From a virus (taxonomy: Duplodnaviria > Heunggongvirae > Uroviricota > Caudoviricetes), in IMG/VR virus record IMGVR_UViG_3300010163_002887: a stretch of 64,000 bases of DNA. One strand, written 5' to 3'. Position 1 is the stretch's first letter; each line of letters starts with the position of its first letter. Shown piece after piece: positions 32,129-41,873 of the stretch. Below the pieces are notes generated by a model that saw nothing but the letters and a program-made list of their open reading frames with translations, made no database searches and was not told the DNA's origin. Both the position numbers and the translations under genes were made by a program.

Positions 32129-33658
32129 ATGATTCAATACAATCCTTTGCTTTGTCTGGACTTTTACAAGACGGCCCATGCAGAGCAATATCCGCAAACG
32201 CTGACAAAGATGGTTTCGTATTACACCCCGCGCATGACGCGCTTGAATGATACCGAAAAAGTTACAATGTTTGGACTTCAGGCGTTCATCCAGGAGTATC
32301 TTATTCATGCGTTTAATCAGCACTTCTTTTGGGAGCGCTGGGAAAAAGTCCTAGCGGATTACAAGCGCGTTCTCAATAGCACAATCAACACGGATGGCGT
32401 AGGTGAAAAGCGGCTGAAGGCGCTACACGATCTGGGATACCTTCCACTGGAAATCCGGGCTGTGCCAGAGGGCGTCCGCACGAACATCAAAGTACCACAG
32501 ATTGAGATCTCCAATACCCATCCTGATTTCGTGTGGCTGGTCAACTCTATCGAAACCATGCTTTCCTGCACTATGTGGCATACTCAAGTTTCCGCAGAGG
32601 TTGGTTATCGGTATCGGCAGATTGTCAATAAGTACGCCGACCTCACCTGCGATGACAACGTGGTTCGGGCCAGGCTCCTTGGAGACTTCTCTATGCGTGG
32701 GCAAGAGAGTGTCGAAAGCGCCACAAAAAGTTCCGCAGCGTTTTGTCTCAGTTTCCTTAATACCGCTACAGTTCCCGCTATCCTATGGCTTGAGGAAAAT
32801 TACCATTGCGACTGCACAAGAGAACCGGTTGCGTTTGGGGCGCTTTCTACCGAGCATAGCGTGATGTGCTCAAATTTTGCTGTTGATGGCGATGAAGTGA
32901 CTCATGTTCGCCGCCTTTTGACAGAAATCTACCCGCATCAGAGCTTTTCTATGGTCAGCGACAGCTATGATTATTGGAACCTGGTAAACAACATCCTCCC
33001 CCAGATTAAGGATGAGATTTTGTCTCATGATGGCTGCCTTGCCATTCGGGGCGACAGTGGTGATCCGGTTGAGGTAGTTACCGAGACTGTATTCCGCCTG
33101 TGGGACATCTTTGGTGGGACAACGAACAGCAAAGGCTACAAGGTTCTCGACCCCCATATCAAAGCTCTGTATGGTGATAGCATTACACCTCAGCGCTGCA
33201 AGGCGATTTACGAGATTTTGATGAAAAACGGCTTTGCGATCAACAATGTTTCTCTGGGTGTCGGTTCCTTTTCCATGCAGTGCTTGGAGACCATTGAGGA
33301 AACGGATTCCCCGGATGGTGTCAAGCAAAAGAAATCCTATGCCCCCTACACGCGCGACACATTTGGCATCGCGGTCAAGGCCACCTATGCCGAGGATGCT
33401 GACGGCAAGCCTATCATGATCTTCAAGAATCCCAAAACCGATACAGGGCATTTCAAAAAATCTCAGCGTGGCTGCTGCCAGGTATACAAGATCTTCCATG
33501 CAGATTGCTCCGACTGTGATTATGTATATGATGATGGTCTGACCTGGGAAGAGGCTCAAGATACCAATGAGCTTCGAACAGTGTTCAAGAATGGTCAGCT
33601 CACAAGAACCTATACATTGGATGAAGTTCGACAGAATTTGCACAGAGGGCGTTTTTAA
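32129..33658 (+). CDS. nadV: nicotinamide phosphoribosyltransferase (NadV/Nampt family)
   Basis: N-terminus NPLLCLDFYKTAHAEQYP matches Nampt NPLLxTDSYKxxH; 509 aa. Sigma-A-like promoter TTGCTT-N17-TACAAT at about 32079-32105. Confidence 0.7.
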   Translation: MIQYNPLLCLDFYKTAHAEQYPQTLTKMVSYYTPRMTRLNDTEKVTMFGLQAFIQEYLIHAFNQHFFWERWEKVLADYKRVLNSTINTDGVGEKRLKALHDLGYLPLEIRAVPEGVRTNIKVPQIEISNTHPDFVWLVNSIETMLSCTMWHTQVSAEVGYRYRQIVNKYADLTCDDNVVRARLLGDFSMRGQESVESATKSSAAFCLSFLNTATVPAILWLEENYHCDCTREPVAFGALSTEHSVMCSNFAVDGDEVTHVRRLLTEIYPHQSFSMVSDSYDYWNLVNNILPQIKDEILSHDGCLAIRGDSGDPVEVVTETVFRLWDIFGGTTNSKGYKVLDPHIKALYGDSITPQRCKAIYEILMKNGFAINNVSLGVGSFSMQCLETIEETDSPDGVKQKKSYAPYTRDTFGIAVKATYAEDADGKPIMIFKNPKTDTGHFKKSQRGCCQVYKIFHADCSDCDYVYDDGLTWEEAQDTNELRTVFKNGQLTRTYTLDEVRQNLHRGRF

Positions 33659-33699
33659 CGCCTTCTGTGCGGCAAAAAATTCAGAAAAGAGGGATCGTT

Positions 33700-34464
33700 A
33701 TGTTGAGTAATCCCATGAAAACAAAAAATGAGATCGTGGATTGGATTCGCAATTATTTCGAAGAAAACGGCCCTGGTTGCAGTGCCGTCGTCGGAATTTC
33801 GGGCGGGAAGGACAGTACTGTCGTGGCCGCTTTGTGTGTGGAGGCGCTTGGGAAGGATAGGGTCGTGGGCGTAATGATGCCAAACGGTGAGCAACCCGAT
33901 ATTATTGATTCGCAAAGAGTCATCAGCGCCTTAGAGATCCCAAGCATAACGTTTAATATCGGAGATGCTTACAAAGCGCTTGTAAATAACGCCATGCCTC
34001 CAGTCTGTGATTCTGTCAGTGAGCAAGCCAAAATCAACTTGCCACCTCGACTTCGTATGAGCACGCTCTATGTTGTCGCCCAGTCCCTCCCCAACGGCGG
34101 CCGGGTAGCCAATACATGCAATATGTCGGAAGACTATGTTGGTTATTCGACCAAATTTGGTGACAGCGCCGGTGATTTCAGCCCACTGTCCAATCTGATG
34201 GTTCATGAAGTGCAGCAGATTGGCCTGGTACTCCCCATCCCGGCAGATCTGGTGAACAAGACCCCTGCTGATGGGTTGTGTGGGAAGACGGATGAGGAGA
34301 ACCTGGGATTTACATATCATCAGCTTGACACCTTTATCATGAAAGGAACCTGCGGGGATAAAGAAATCGACGGCAGAATTGCAATGATGCACAAGAAAAA
34401 CCTTCACAAACTCCGCCCAATGCCGACTTTTTTGCCCACTTTCTTGCCGGACGATGAAGAATAA
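33700..34464 (+). CDS. nadE: NH3-dependent NAD+ synthetase
   Basis: PP-loop GISGGKDS; start taken at the internal ATG (MLSNPMK) preceded by GAGGG. Confidence 0.8.
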   Translation: MLSNPMKTKNEIVDWIRNYFEENGPGCSAVVGISGGKDSTVVAALCVEALGKDRVVGVMMPNGEQPDIIDSQRVISALEIPSITFNIGDAYKALVNNAMPPVCDSVSEQAKINLPPRLRMSTLYVVAQSLPNGGRVANTCNMSEDYVGYSTKFGDSAGDFSPLSNLMVHEVQQIGLVLPIPADLVNKTPADGLCGKTDEENLGFTYHQLDTFIMKGTCGDKEIDGRIAMMHKKNLHKLRPMPTFLPTFLPDDEE

Positions 34465-34777
34465 TTTTGGGACTGAAAAAACAATGGGAGGCATTACGCT
34501 AACAAAAGAGGAATGCTATTGCGGTTTCGAACAATTCTTTGAAATGGTTGCGCTAAAAATCGGTCTGATAAAACCAAAGGATCTGGACTACGTAATATTT
34601 GACTGCTCTCGCATTCGCGTGACAAAGGCGACAGCATATCAATTGTTTCGATACTATAAAGATAATGGCGCTTCCGATGATAGTATTATTGCTGAATGGA
34701 AAATATACGGCCCCAAAGTAAATCTGCCTGGGAGCGGATTCACGGCAATTATCCAGTCAAGGTTTATAAAGAAATAG
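34454..34777 (+). CDS. hypothetical protein
   Basis: 107-aa ORF overlapping the nadE stop. Confidence 0.3.
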   Translation: MKNNFGTEKTMGGITLTKEECYCGFEQFFEMVALKIGLIKPKDLDYVIFDCSRIRVTKATAYQLFRYYKDNGASDDSIIAEWKIYGPKVNLPGSGFTAIIQSRFIKK

Positions 34778-35133
34778 ATTCCTGGGACTATTGGGCATAT
34801 ATGGGGACGTCGTAGGACGAAACTGACGTTCCATTTTTGAAGGGAGAAAACATGGAGCGAAATGAATTAACAACGGTGGTTGTGGATGTGCAGAAAAGTT
34901 TTGTCAGCGCTGCAACCCCGATATTTGAGGGCAGAGCAATCCTTTGTGTGCGGGATTCTCATCCGCCTAAACGCTTGAATAATCAGGGAAACAAATCATT
35001 TCCTGTAGCACACTGTATTTCAGTCTAAAAAACAACAGAATCAAGGAATCGCTGATTAAATCTGCTGTGTGTGGGTTTGATCAGCGATTTTGTTTAAATA
35101 GTCTAATTCAAATTTAAAACGGAGGGAATTGTA

Positions 35134-35679
35134 ATGAAATTTCTAGTTGTTGTGGATATGCAGCGCGATTTTATCAATGGTTCACTGGGTACACCAGAGG
35201 CGCAGGCAATTGTTAGCAAGGTCGCCCAAAAGATTGAAAACTATGATGGTACGGCAATTTTTGTTACACAGGATACTCATCAGTCAAACTATCTGAAAAC
35301 ACAAGAAGGCAAGATGCTTCCTATTGTCCATTGCGTAGAACGGACAGAGGGTTGGCAACTTCACGAAGATATTGTAGAGGCACTTTGCCGTTACGGAAAG
35401 AAAACTTTCAATTTTACCAAAAACACCTTTGCCTGTTGGGCGCTTGAGGAACAACTTCATATTATTGCAAACTTATATCGGATAGATGAGATTGTTATTG
35501 TCGGCCTTTGCACAGACATATGCGTCGTTTCTAACGCTCTTTTGCTCAAAGCATGTTTTCCAGAAACCAAGATTATTGTAGATGCTGCCTGTTGCGCTGG
35601 GGTAACGCCGGAAAGCCATGAAAGCGCACTTAAAACAATGAAAATGTGCCAAATTTACATTGAGAATTGGGAGGGATAA
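35134..35679 (+). CDS. pncA: isochorismatase-family cysteine hydrolase, probable nicotinamidase
   Basis: VVVDMQRDF (catalytic Asp) and GLCTDICV (catalytic Cys); 181 aa; NAD-salvage context. Confidence 0.65.
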   Translation: MKFLVVVDMQRDFINGSLGTPEAQAIVSKVAQKIENYDGTAIFVTQDTHQSNYLKTQEGKMLPIVHCVERTEGWQLHEDIVEALCRYGKKTFNFTKNTFACWALEEQLHIIANLYRIDEIVIVGLCTDICVVSNALLLKACFPETKIIVDAACCAGVTPESHESALKTMKMCQIYIENWEG

Positions 35680-35682
35680 GCA

Positions 35683-36498
35683 ATGATTTTAGTTAATGGA
35701 AAAACAATAAATCTTACGCATTTTCCTGATGGTACAACCTCTTTTCGATTTGATCCAAGTAAGTTTGATTATTTTGAGATAACTTGGAAATACGATAGTG
35801 ATCAGGAATGTATTCTCCTGTGGTATCTTGTTAAACATATCCGCTCAATTTGCGGAGAAAGTCAGGAAATTTTGTTGTTTATGCCTTACATCCCTAACGC
35901 GCGAATGGATCGAGTAATAAACAATGATGAGATTTTTACTTTAAAATGGTTTGCTGAATTTATCAATTCAATGTCTTTTACAAAAGTTTATGTTCTTGAT
36001 CCGCATTCAAATGTTTCCAGCGCGCTTATTGATCGCATTGGTACTTGGGATGTAGGATTTTATGTTTATTTTGCTGTGCATAAAATATTAAATGACTACA
36101 ACGTCACTAATCTACTTTTTTGTTATCCAGACGAAGGCGCTATGAAACGGTACTCCCAGCTTTTTACAGAAGAGTACGTCTATGGAATTAAACATCGTGA
36201 TTGGAGAACAGGTGAAATTAAAGGACTTGAGATTGCCAAAAAGGAAAAAGTGGCAGGGCGAGATGTCCTTATTATTGATGATATTTGTTCAAAAGGGGGC
36301 ACATTTACACACATGGCCTCTGCATTAAAGGAGGCGGGAGCAAAAGAAATTTTTCTTTATGTTTCACATTGCGAAAATACAATCCATCAGGGAAGTATTT
36401 TAGATGATGACCTAATTAGACATGTGTATACAACAGATAGCATCTTTCGAAAAGAACACAACATGATTGAGTGCATCACAGTGTCCCCTTACATTTAA
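35683..36498 (+). CDS. ribose-phosphate pyrophosphokinase-like (Prs family) protein, short form
   Basis: MPYIPNARMDRV resembles Prs PYxGYARQDRK; PRPP-binding loop VLIIDDICSKGGT. 271 aa, against about 315 for canonical Prs. Confidence 0.6.
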   Translation: MILVNGKTINLTHFPDGTTSFRFDPSKFDYFEITWKYDSDQECILLWYLVKHIRSICGESQEILLFMPYIPNARMDRVINNDEIFTLKWFAEFINSMSFTKVYVLDPHSNVSSALIDRIGTWDVGFYVYFAVHKILNDYNVTNLLFCYPDEGAMKRYSQLFTEEYVYGIKHRDWRTGEIKGLEIAKKEKVAGRDVLIIDDICSKGGTFTHMASALKEAGAKEIFLYVSHCENTIHQGSILDDDLIRHVYTTDSIFRKEHNMIECITVSPYI

Positions 36499-36519
36499 TT
36501 GCAATATATGAATGTTTTA

Positions 36520-36548
36520 GCCCTCCGCCATTTGGCGGAGGGCTTTTC
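36520..36548 (+). terminator. rho-independent terminator
   Basis: GCCCTCCGCCATTTGGCGGAGGGC followed by TTTT. Confidence 0.55.
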
Positions 36549-36554
36549 AAATGT

Positions 36555-36595
36555 CGCGCAGCGACCCCGCAAAGGCAACCCCATCCCCTGCCCCC
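36555..36595. repeat. intergenic repeat unit: hairpin GTCGC-GCA-GCGAC plus CCCGCAAAGGCAACCCCATCCCCTGCCCCC
   Basis: Same family as 4712 and 15244, in inverted orientation relative to the adjacent gene end. Confidence 0.6.
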
Positions 36596-37048
36596 TGGAA
36601 CAACAAATTAATCATTGATACAACAACTCAGATCCCGTATAATTTCAAAAAGACAAAATGGAAAGGAATGATCAATCATGAAATGGTTTGCAATGGTTTT
36701 AGTTTGTAATCTTCTTGCGCATATGATTTGGGATGGAATTAAATTTCTGACGAGACGAATCACTAATAATTTTAATGGATGGGGCTAAAGGAAATGACTG
36801 AAGTATATTTTCATCATGGCGCACTTGCCGATAGCTATGAAAAATAGGTAAATGAACAAGGTTATACACTAGAAGATCAGACAGAGACATTTGAAAAAAT
36901 TGCTTTTTCTTATAATATGCTTCGAATACATGGTTTTTTCCGAAAAACAAGAAGAAAGAATCTGTGCGAAGATCCAAGGACAACTGATTAAAAACCTAAA
37001 ACCTATTAAGGAATAGCAACGAAAGGAGGATGCACTGGGGGATCATCT

Positions 37049-37282
37049 ATGAGTAAACAAATCTTGCAATTGTCATTATCCGTAGAGACATATAATCAAT
37101 TAATGAACTTCTTTCAATCCATTTGGATGAGTGATGCATCGTACAAGATTTTCATCGCCGAACGGTGTTTTAACCTGAATTTTGCCTTTATGGATGCCGC
37201 AGATGCACAATACGAAACCAAATATAAAACCACAGGTTGGTCAAACGTTTTCCGAAAATTATTCTTGCGGATGATCTGCTAG
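37049..37282 (+). CDS. hypothetical protein (possible 5-prime part of a frameshifted gene)
   Basis: 77-aa ORF overlapping the next ORF by 46 nt in another frame. Confidence 0.3.
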   Translation: MSKQILQLSLSVETYNQLMNFFQSIWMSDASYKIFIAERCFNLNFAFMDAADAQYETKYKTTGWSNVFRKLFLRMIC

Positions 37283-38634
37283 TTCATGGGCTAAACATCG
37301 CAAGGCTAATCGAAAACCTTGAAGGGTTAATTGTGGATTACCTAAAGAGGAAATCGAAGCAAAATGTCTCCAAACGAGCTGTACATTGCGATCTTCTCAA
37401 TGCTGTTAGCATTTACGTGTTTGCTCTCAATACAAGTGCTCCCCTTCTTCTGGATCAGAAACTTGCAGTAAGTTCAGCAGTGCATTTGAGTCCCGATAGG
37501 ATAAAACCTTTGTATCAGACAATATCAAGAGCTTTGCAGAAATGTGGGATTCCGAACACAAGCTATGTATTTTCGACCGAATTACCGTGGCCGTTTTGTA
37601 AGCAGGAGTATAGCAGCGGCAACGAGTCGGATTGGAGCGAACTATTCCAATATCGCGAAAATACACTACGATTTTATTATCGAAACAGTGATAATAAAAT
37701 TTTTGAAACTATTCGATTTTATTCTCCAAGGATCAACCAGACACCAAATCGAATTGCTATCTGCCTTGTTGTTTTTGGCAGCATCCCTTACAATCAAACT
37801 GACCCCAATAGTCCATTCAATGCGTTGTGCAGAGATGTCGCAAAGGAAATCAGTCAGATCATTTCTCACAGCAGGATTGCGGATATCCTTAATTGTGAGC
37901 ATTGCTATCTGGTTAAACCCAAAGCCCAAATGCTTGCCTATCTCCTCTCCGTGCTGGGCCTTTCCAGTTTCTATCGAGAAAAAATATCGGCAGAACTAAA
38001 GTTCATATACAAGGCGCTGTTCCAAAGTAATTATCAGAGGGTCGCCGCAAATTTTGATCGGCCTAAAAGGCTTCACCCTGAACTCATGCAGTTGTTTAAT
38101 CACGTTAGTCAGAACGACAGAATGTGCTGTCAGTTCTTCAAAGTTGTGAAAGAGTATGTTGATGAGATCGACAAAGACATGAGCCTCGTTAAATTTCTCA
38201 GTAATTCACAAGTCGGTAAATGGAAACTTGGAAACAGACATAATTCACATCTGAATTCATCGCAGCTCTATGAGAAGGCAGAAGACATTTTCTACGAAGT
38301 AGGCATGAACGCAGAGTGTGATATCAATCATTACGCTATGATGGGAAAAGAATTCGGACTCTCAAAACCAAGCAAAGACTCTATCCGTTTGGAACGATAT
38401 CTGCAAATATTGAATCGATATGAAGTAGATATGGTTTCAAGCATTGGATGCGCATTGGGGCTGATGGATAATGGTCTGCTGACAATGAACTTGGAACTGG
38501 ATCAGAGCCAAGAGGCGGTACGGTACGTTATGAAAGCCGAACCACTTTCCCCCCTTCGTCCTCCCCCGACGCTTTTCCGTCTTACTTCCCGCCTTGTCCA
38601 CGGTGGAACGAGAATGCCTCAAAAGAGGTTTTAA
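37237..38634 (+). CDS. hypothetical protein
   Basis: 465 aa, TTG start per ORF track; IILADDLLVHG only weakly resembles a PRTase loop. Confidence 0.4.
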   Translation: MVKRFPKIILADDLLVHGLNIARLIENLEGLIVDYLKRKSKQNVSKRAVHCDLLNAVSIYVFALNTSAPLLLDQKLAVSSAVHLSPDRIKPLYQTISRALQKCGIPNTSYVFSTELPWPFCKQEYSSGNESDWSELFQYRENTLRFYYRNSDNKIFETIRFYSPRINQTPNRIAICLVVFGSIPYNQTDPNSPFNALCRDVAKEISQIISHSRIADILNCEHCYLVKPKAQMLAYLLSVLGLSSFYREKISAELKFIYKALFQSNYQRVAANFDRPKRLHPELMQLFNHVSQNDRMCCQFFKVVKEYVDEIDKDMSLVKFLSNSQVGKWKLGNRHNSHLNSSQLYEKAEDIFYEVGMNAECDINHYAMMGKEFGLSKPSKDSIRLERYLQILNRYEVDMVSSIGCALGLMDNGLLTMNLELDQSQEAVRYVMKAEPLSPLRPPPTLFRLTSRLVHGGTRMPQKRF

Positions 38635-38986
38635 CAAAAGAGATGTCGTGAGTCAATTCATTGACTATTTGCAAGAATATTGTTATCAAGAAAATGGCAC
38701 AAATAGCATAGAAGGCATGGAAATGTTATATAAATTGAGTCAATCTCGATCATCGTTGCTCTATATGTACACCGTAGGACAAAACTTCCAGGATTGGGAT
38801 TTCGACCTGTTAACCGAAGAAGACCGCCTTTCCCATGCAATAGATGAACATGGAAATTTCAATGTAAATCGATATGTCAGGTGGACTGCAAATGAACAAA
38901 AACGAATTCAGCATTACAATTATTGCGCCAAAACATTCCTGCAACTTATCGCCCGAAAGAATGATTGTCTCTATGGATTTGATTGA
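38594..38986 (+). CDS. hypothetical protein
   Basis: 130-aa ORF; its last codons overlap the TTGACAACTCCCCAC motif. Confidence 0.35.
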   Translation: MSTVERECLKRGFNKRDVVSQFIDYLQEYCYQENGTNSIEGMEMLYKLSQSRSSLLYMYTVGQNFQDWDFDLLTEEDRLSHAIDEHGNFNVNRYVRWTANEQKRIQHYNYCAKTFLQLIARKNDCLYGFD

Positions 38987-39141
38987 CAACTCCCCACCCC
39001 TATTTCCACAAGGATTAGGTATCCGCAAGCTCCTCGCCGTTTGGCGGGGAGTTTTTGTTTCTGGATGGTGGTAAATGGGAGTTGGTGGGGGTGGGCATAG
39101 GGGAATCCCCCTCCCGTTTGGGAGAGGGATTGGGATGTAGG

Positions 39142-39555
39142 TCAGCGCTGAACTTCGTACAAATCCAGCGATACCATATCGCACTCGGGACATGCAATAT
39201 GTTCAACGGTAATGTCAAGCCGCCAAATTGCTCTGTAGCGTTCAGAGGCGTTTGGATCGCGATACTGGTCGAAGATAAACGATTCAGGATCTACGCCGTA
39301 TTCTCTGAACCCAAAGAGATGGCTTTGGGTTTCCAGCGTCCGATCCTCCATCTGCTTGTAGATCGTGTGCCAAGTGACAAAAAGGTCACTCGCGTAGTTT
39401 CGGCACCAGCGGCCCGCTTCCTGAATCAGCTTCGTCAAAATCCTTGAGTAATTAACTCCATTGAATGTGCGGCTGAGATGCTGGTTTGTCTCCGTAAAAT
39501 GACGTGTGCCTTTGATTTCTTTGAAATCGTCGATTTTTGTTTTCATATTGTTCAC
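39142..39555 (-). CDS. hypothetical protein (operon gene 7)
   Basis: 137 aa; C-terminal CPECD; last gene of the 43124-to-39142 minus-strand operon. Confidence 0.45.
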   Translation of the reverse strand: MNNMKTKIDDFKEIKGTRHFTETNQHLSRTFNGVNYSRILTKLIQEAGRWCRNYASDLFVTWHTIYKQMEDRTLETQSHLFGFREYGVDPESFIFDQYRDPNASERYRAIWRLDITVEHIACPECDMVSLDLYEVQR

Positions 39556-39567
39556 TCCTTGTTTTAT

Positions 39568-39768
39568 TTAGTTGATTGCCTCATCTCTATCGTACTTCCC
39601 TGCCTTCAAGTCGCTCAAGACTGTCATGAGTTCATCAATATTTGAAACGGCTGCAATCTGCTCGCCGTAATCAGTAAGCAAACGAATCTCCCCCTTATGC
39701 CCCTTTTTGAAATGAAGAGAGCAATTAGTTGACCCGTAGTAATAATACTGTGCTCTAATGAACATCAT
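39568..39768 (-). CDS. small hypothetical protein (operon gene 6)
   Basis: 66 aa; 14-nt overlap with the upstream gene. Confidence 0.4.
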   Translation of the reverse strand: MMFIRAQYYYYGSTNCSLHFKKGHKGEIRLLTDYGEQIAAVSNIDELMTVLSDLKAGKYDRDEAIN

Positions 39769-41098
39769 CTGTCCCTCCTTCTGGATTTTTGATGTAATTC
39801 ACCAGGAGAACCAGATCATCTGTGGTTTCAATTTGGGCGCGCAGCGTTCTTATGCGGAAGGCACAAGTCGTTCCCTCGCGTGAGGCATCGTAAGAGGTGA
39901 TGCGCAAACTCTTCAAATGTGGTTCCGAGCCGCGTAATCTATTTTCGATATAGTTTATGAAAGGGTCTGACGGAGCCTCATAAAACTTGAAAGCTTTATC
40001 GGGGTTGGACAGCGCACGGGCGAGGGAGTCGTCGAGGGGTAAGAGTTCGAGTGTGAGCAGCAAATTGGGCGAAAAAGCTATGTTTGATGCAAATAGACCA
40101 AACTCCATGGCTAGTCTATCCAAACCGTCCTGAACCTGATCAAACAAATCTGTTGCTGAATCTGCAATACTTTCAACCGCCAGTCGCTTTACATCAGAGA
40201 TGATGGCATGATTTTGCTGGTTGTGCAGGCGTATGGAATGGGAACTTGCCTCTTGTTGCATATAGACTGACGCATATGTGCCTGTCACCTTTTCCAACTC
40301 ATACAAAAGGCTCTCGCAATTAGTTAGTGCCAGGTCACGAGAGGTAGGCTGACACGATGCAAAATCAGCAGCGAATGAGAGATCTTTACTGCTACGTTTG
40401 ATAACGGCGATGTCATCAATTGTAAGGGTTGTCTTGTTGCTATCGATTTCGGCTTCCTTGATGCCCTCAATGCATGGAATATGCTGAATGTTCTTCAGCG
40501 GCATTATGCACTCAATGTTTCTAATTATATCCTTATGAGTTCTGATTGAGAGCACCCGCGCATGAAGCACATTTTCAACATATTCCTTCAACAGTCGGCG
40601 ATTACATTCGCAATCAATGAGGCTTGGATTAGTGCAATTTACTTTTTGGCGCATTTCATAACCTTGCTCCGCAAGGCCCCGCAGTTTTTCTCTAACCCGC
40701 ATTTTTTCTGTCTCAGGCCGGTCGTGAGAGGTGGCGCTTCCAAAAGACGATGTGCTGAGAGTAAAGCGCAAATTCCCTGCTCCCCTGAAATCTGTCGCAA
40801 ACAGCGTCAGGTCTTCTTTCACACGCCTATACAGACGATCATGAGCCTCACTGTACAGATACGGAAGTAGCACAACAGGCTCTTGCTGGGCTATGGTTTT
40901 TGCGCAGAGAGCCTGTGCGGCCTCCCTGTCCAAGTGATTCTGCAACTCCTGATGGATTTTGTTGTCGTGCCAGCGATCAAACCTCAAGGAGGTGAAATGT
41001 TCGTCTGCAAGCAAAATTACAGACCGCAACTCATCAAGCGTCGCGTTTGCACAACACAGCTCGTAGATCTGCTGGGCTAAATTGTGAAGTTTCTGCAT
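39755..41098 (-). CDS. hypothetical protein (operon gene 5)
   Basis: 447 aa; no recognisable motif. Confidence 0.5.
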   Translation of the reverse strand: MQKLHNLAQQIYELCCANATLDELRSVILLADEHFTSLRFDRWHDNKIHQELQNHLDREAAQALCAKTIAQQEPVVLLPYLYSEAHDRLYRRVKEDLTLFATDFRGAGNLRFTLSTSSFGSATSHDRPETEKMRVREKLRGLAEQGYEMRQKVNCTNPSLIDCECNRRLLKEYVENVLHARVLSIRTHKDIIRNIECIMPLKNIQHIPCIEGIKEAEIDSNKTTLTIDDIAVIKRSSKDLSFAADFASCQPTSRDLALTNCESLLYELEKVTGTYASVYMQQEASSHSIRLHNQQNHAIISDVKRLAVESIADSATDLFDQVQDGLDRLAMEFGLFASNIAFSPNLLLTLELLPLDDSLARALSNPDKAFKFYEAPSDPFINYIENRLRGSEPHLKSLRITSYDASREGTTCAFRIRTLRAQIETTDDLVLLVNYIKNPEGGTDDVH

Positions 41099-41100
41099 AA

Positions 41101-41553
41101 TCAGCCTCCCGATTGTCCTGACACATTGCTCTGCTTATCCTGCTGCGCTTCCGCAGGACAATCAACAGGATACAGATAATTGTAGTGCAGAAAATGTGCA
41201 GCGGCAATTTCCATGTTTTCGCCGATTGACTGTCCCTTCAGAGTTCCTTCATAAAGTTTCAGGTTTTCAAGCGTGGGAATAAAAGGAACAGTCTGACTGA
41301 TTTTGAGTTGAACGGAATCTTTTTCGATGAACGGGTCAAGCAGATCTAGCGAGAAAACCATCTCCATTTTGTAGAACTGTGGGCCGCGCAAACTATAAAT
41401 CGGCCCATTGGATTTCTCTTCCTCAATTTTCAGATTCGCGCATTCCTTGATTTCCATTGCCTCGTCCATTGCCTGATAGAAGCAGCCATTCATGGCCTGA
41501 ATGTCATCGTCGTCCATTTTTGCGCTAAAAGTTACTTGATACCATTTTTTCAT
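41101..41553 (-). CDS. hypothetical protein (operon gene 4)
   Basis: Start taken at the internal ATG (MKKWYQV) with RBS AAAGGAGA; acidic. Confidence 0.45.
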   Translation of the reverse strand: MKKWYQVTFSAKMDDDDIQAMNGCFYQAMDEAMEIKECANLKIEEEKSNGPIYSLRGPQFYKMEMVFSLDLLDPFIEKDSVQLKISQTVPFIPTLENLKLYEGTLKGQSIGENMEIAAAHFLHYNYLYPVDCPAEAQQDKQSNVSGQSGG

Positions 41554-41569
41554 CTTTTTTATCTCCTTT

Positions 41570-41872
41570 TCATTTTGTTTTAGTAGCGGTTTCCCTACGA
41601 AAATAGAATGGAACACCAACCTGAAATGGGTAGATTGTGAATTCCTGCTCGTTCCATACTCTCATGGAGTGGCGGCTGGGCTTGTTTTTGGGGAGGACAA
41701 TTCTGTCCTTGCCGCCAAACATTGTTTCAAGCTGACCGTCAGCATATCTGTTGTGTTTCTCCAGCAGTTTGAAGATATAGGACTTTTCAGTCTCTTTAAC
41801 CTCCATGACATACTTGTAGGCATGAAAGATATCTCCTTCCTGTTCGGCCACATAACGTCCCGGCTGCAACAT
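41570..41872 (-). CDS. hypothetical protein (operon gene 3)
   Basis: Start at MLQPGRYV, immediately after the upstream stop; about 100 aa. Confidence 0.45.
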   Translation of the reverse strand: MLQPGRYVAEQEGDIFHAYKYVMEVKETEKSYIFKLLEKHNRYADGQLETMFGGKDRIVLPKNKPSRHSMRVWNEQEFTIYPFQVGVPFYFRRETATKTK

Positions 41873-41873
41873 A

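Noticed and set aside
32870-33643. 257-aa ORF antisense to nadV, plus other antisense ORFs such as 15774..16325 and 12494..12850
   Set aside because: They sit opposite confidently identified genes (nadV, the SleB-like gene, ligA).
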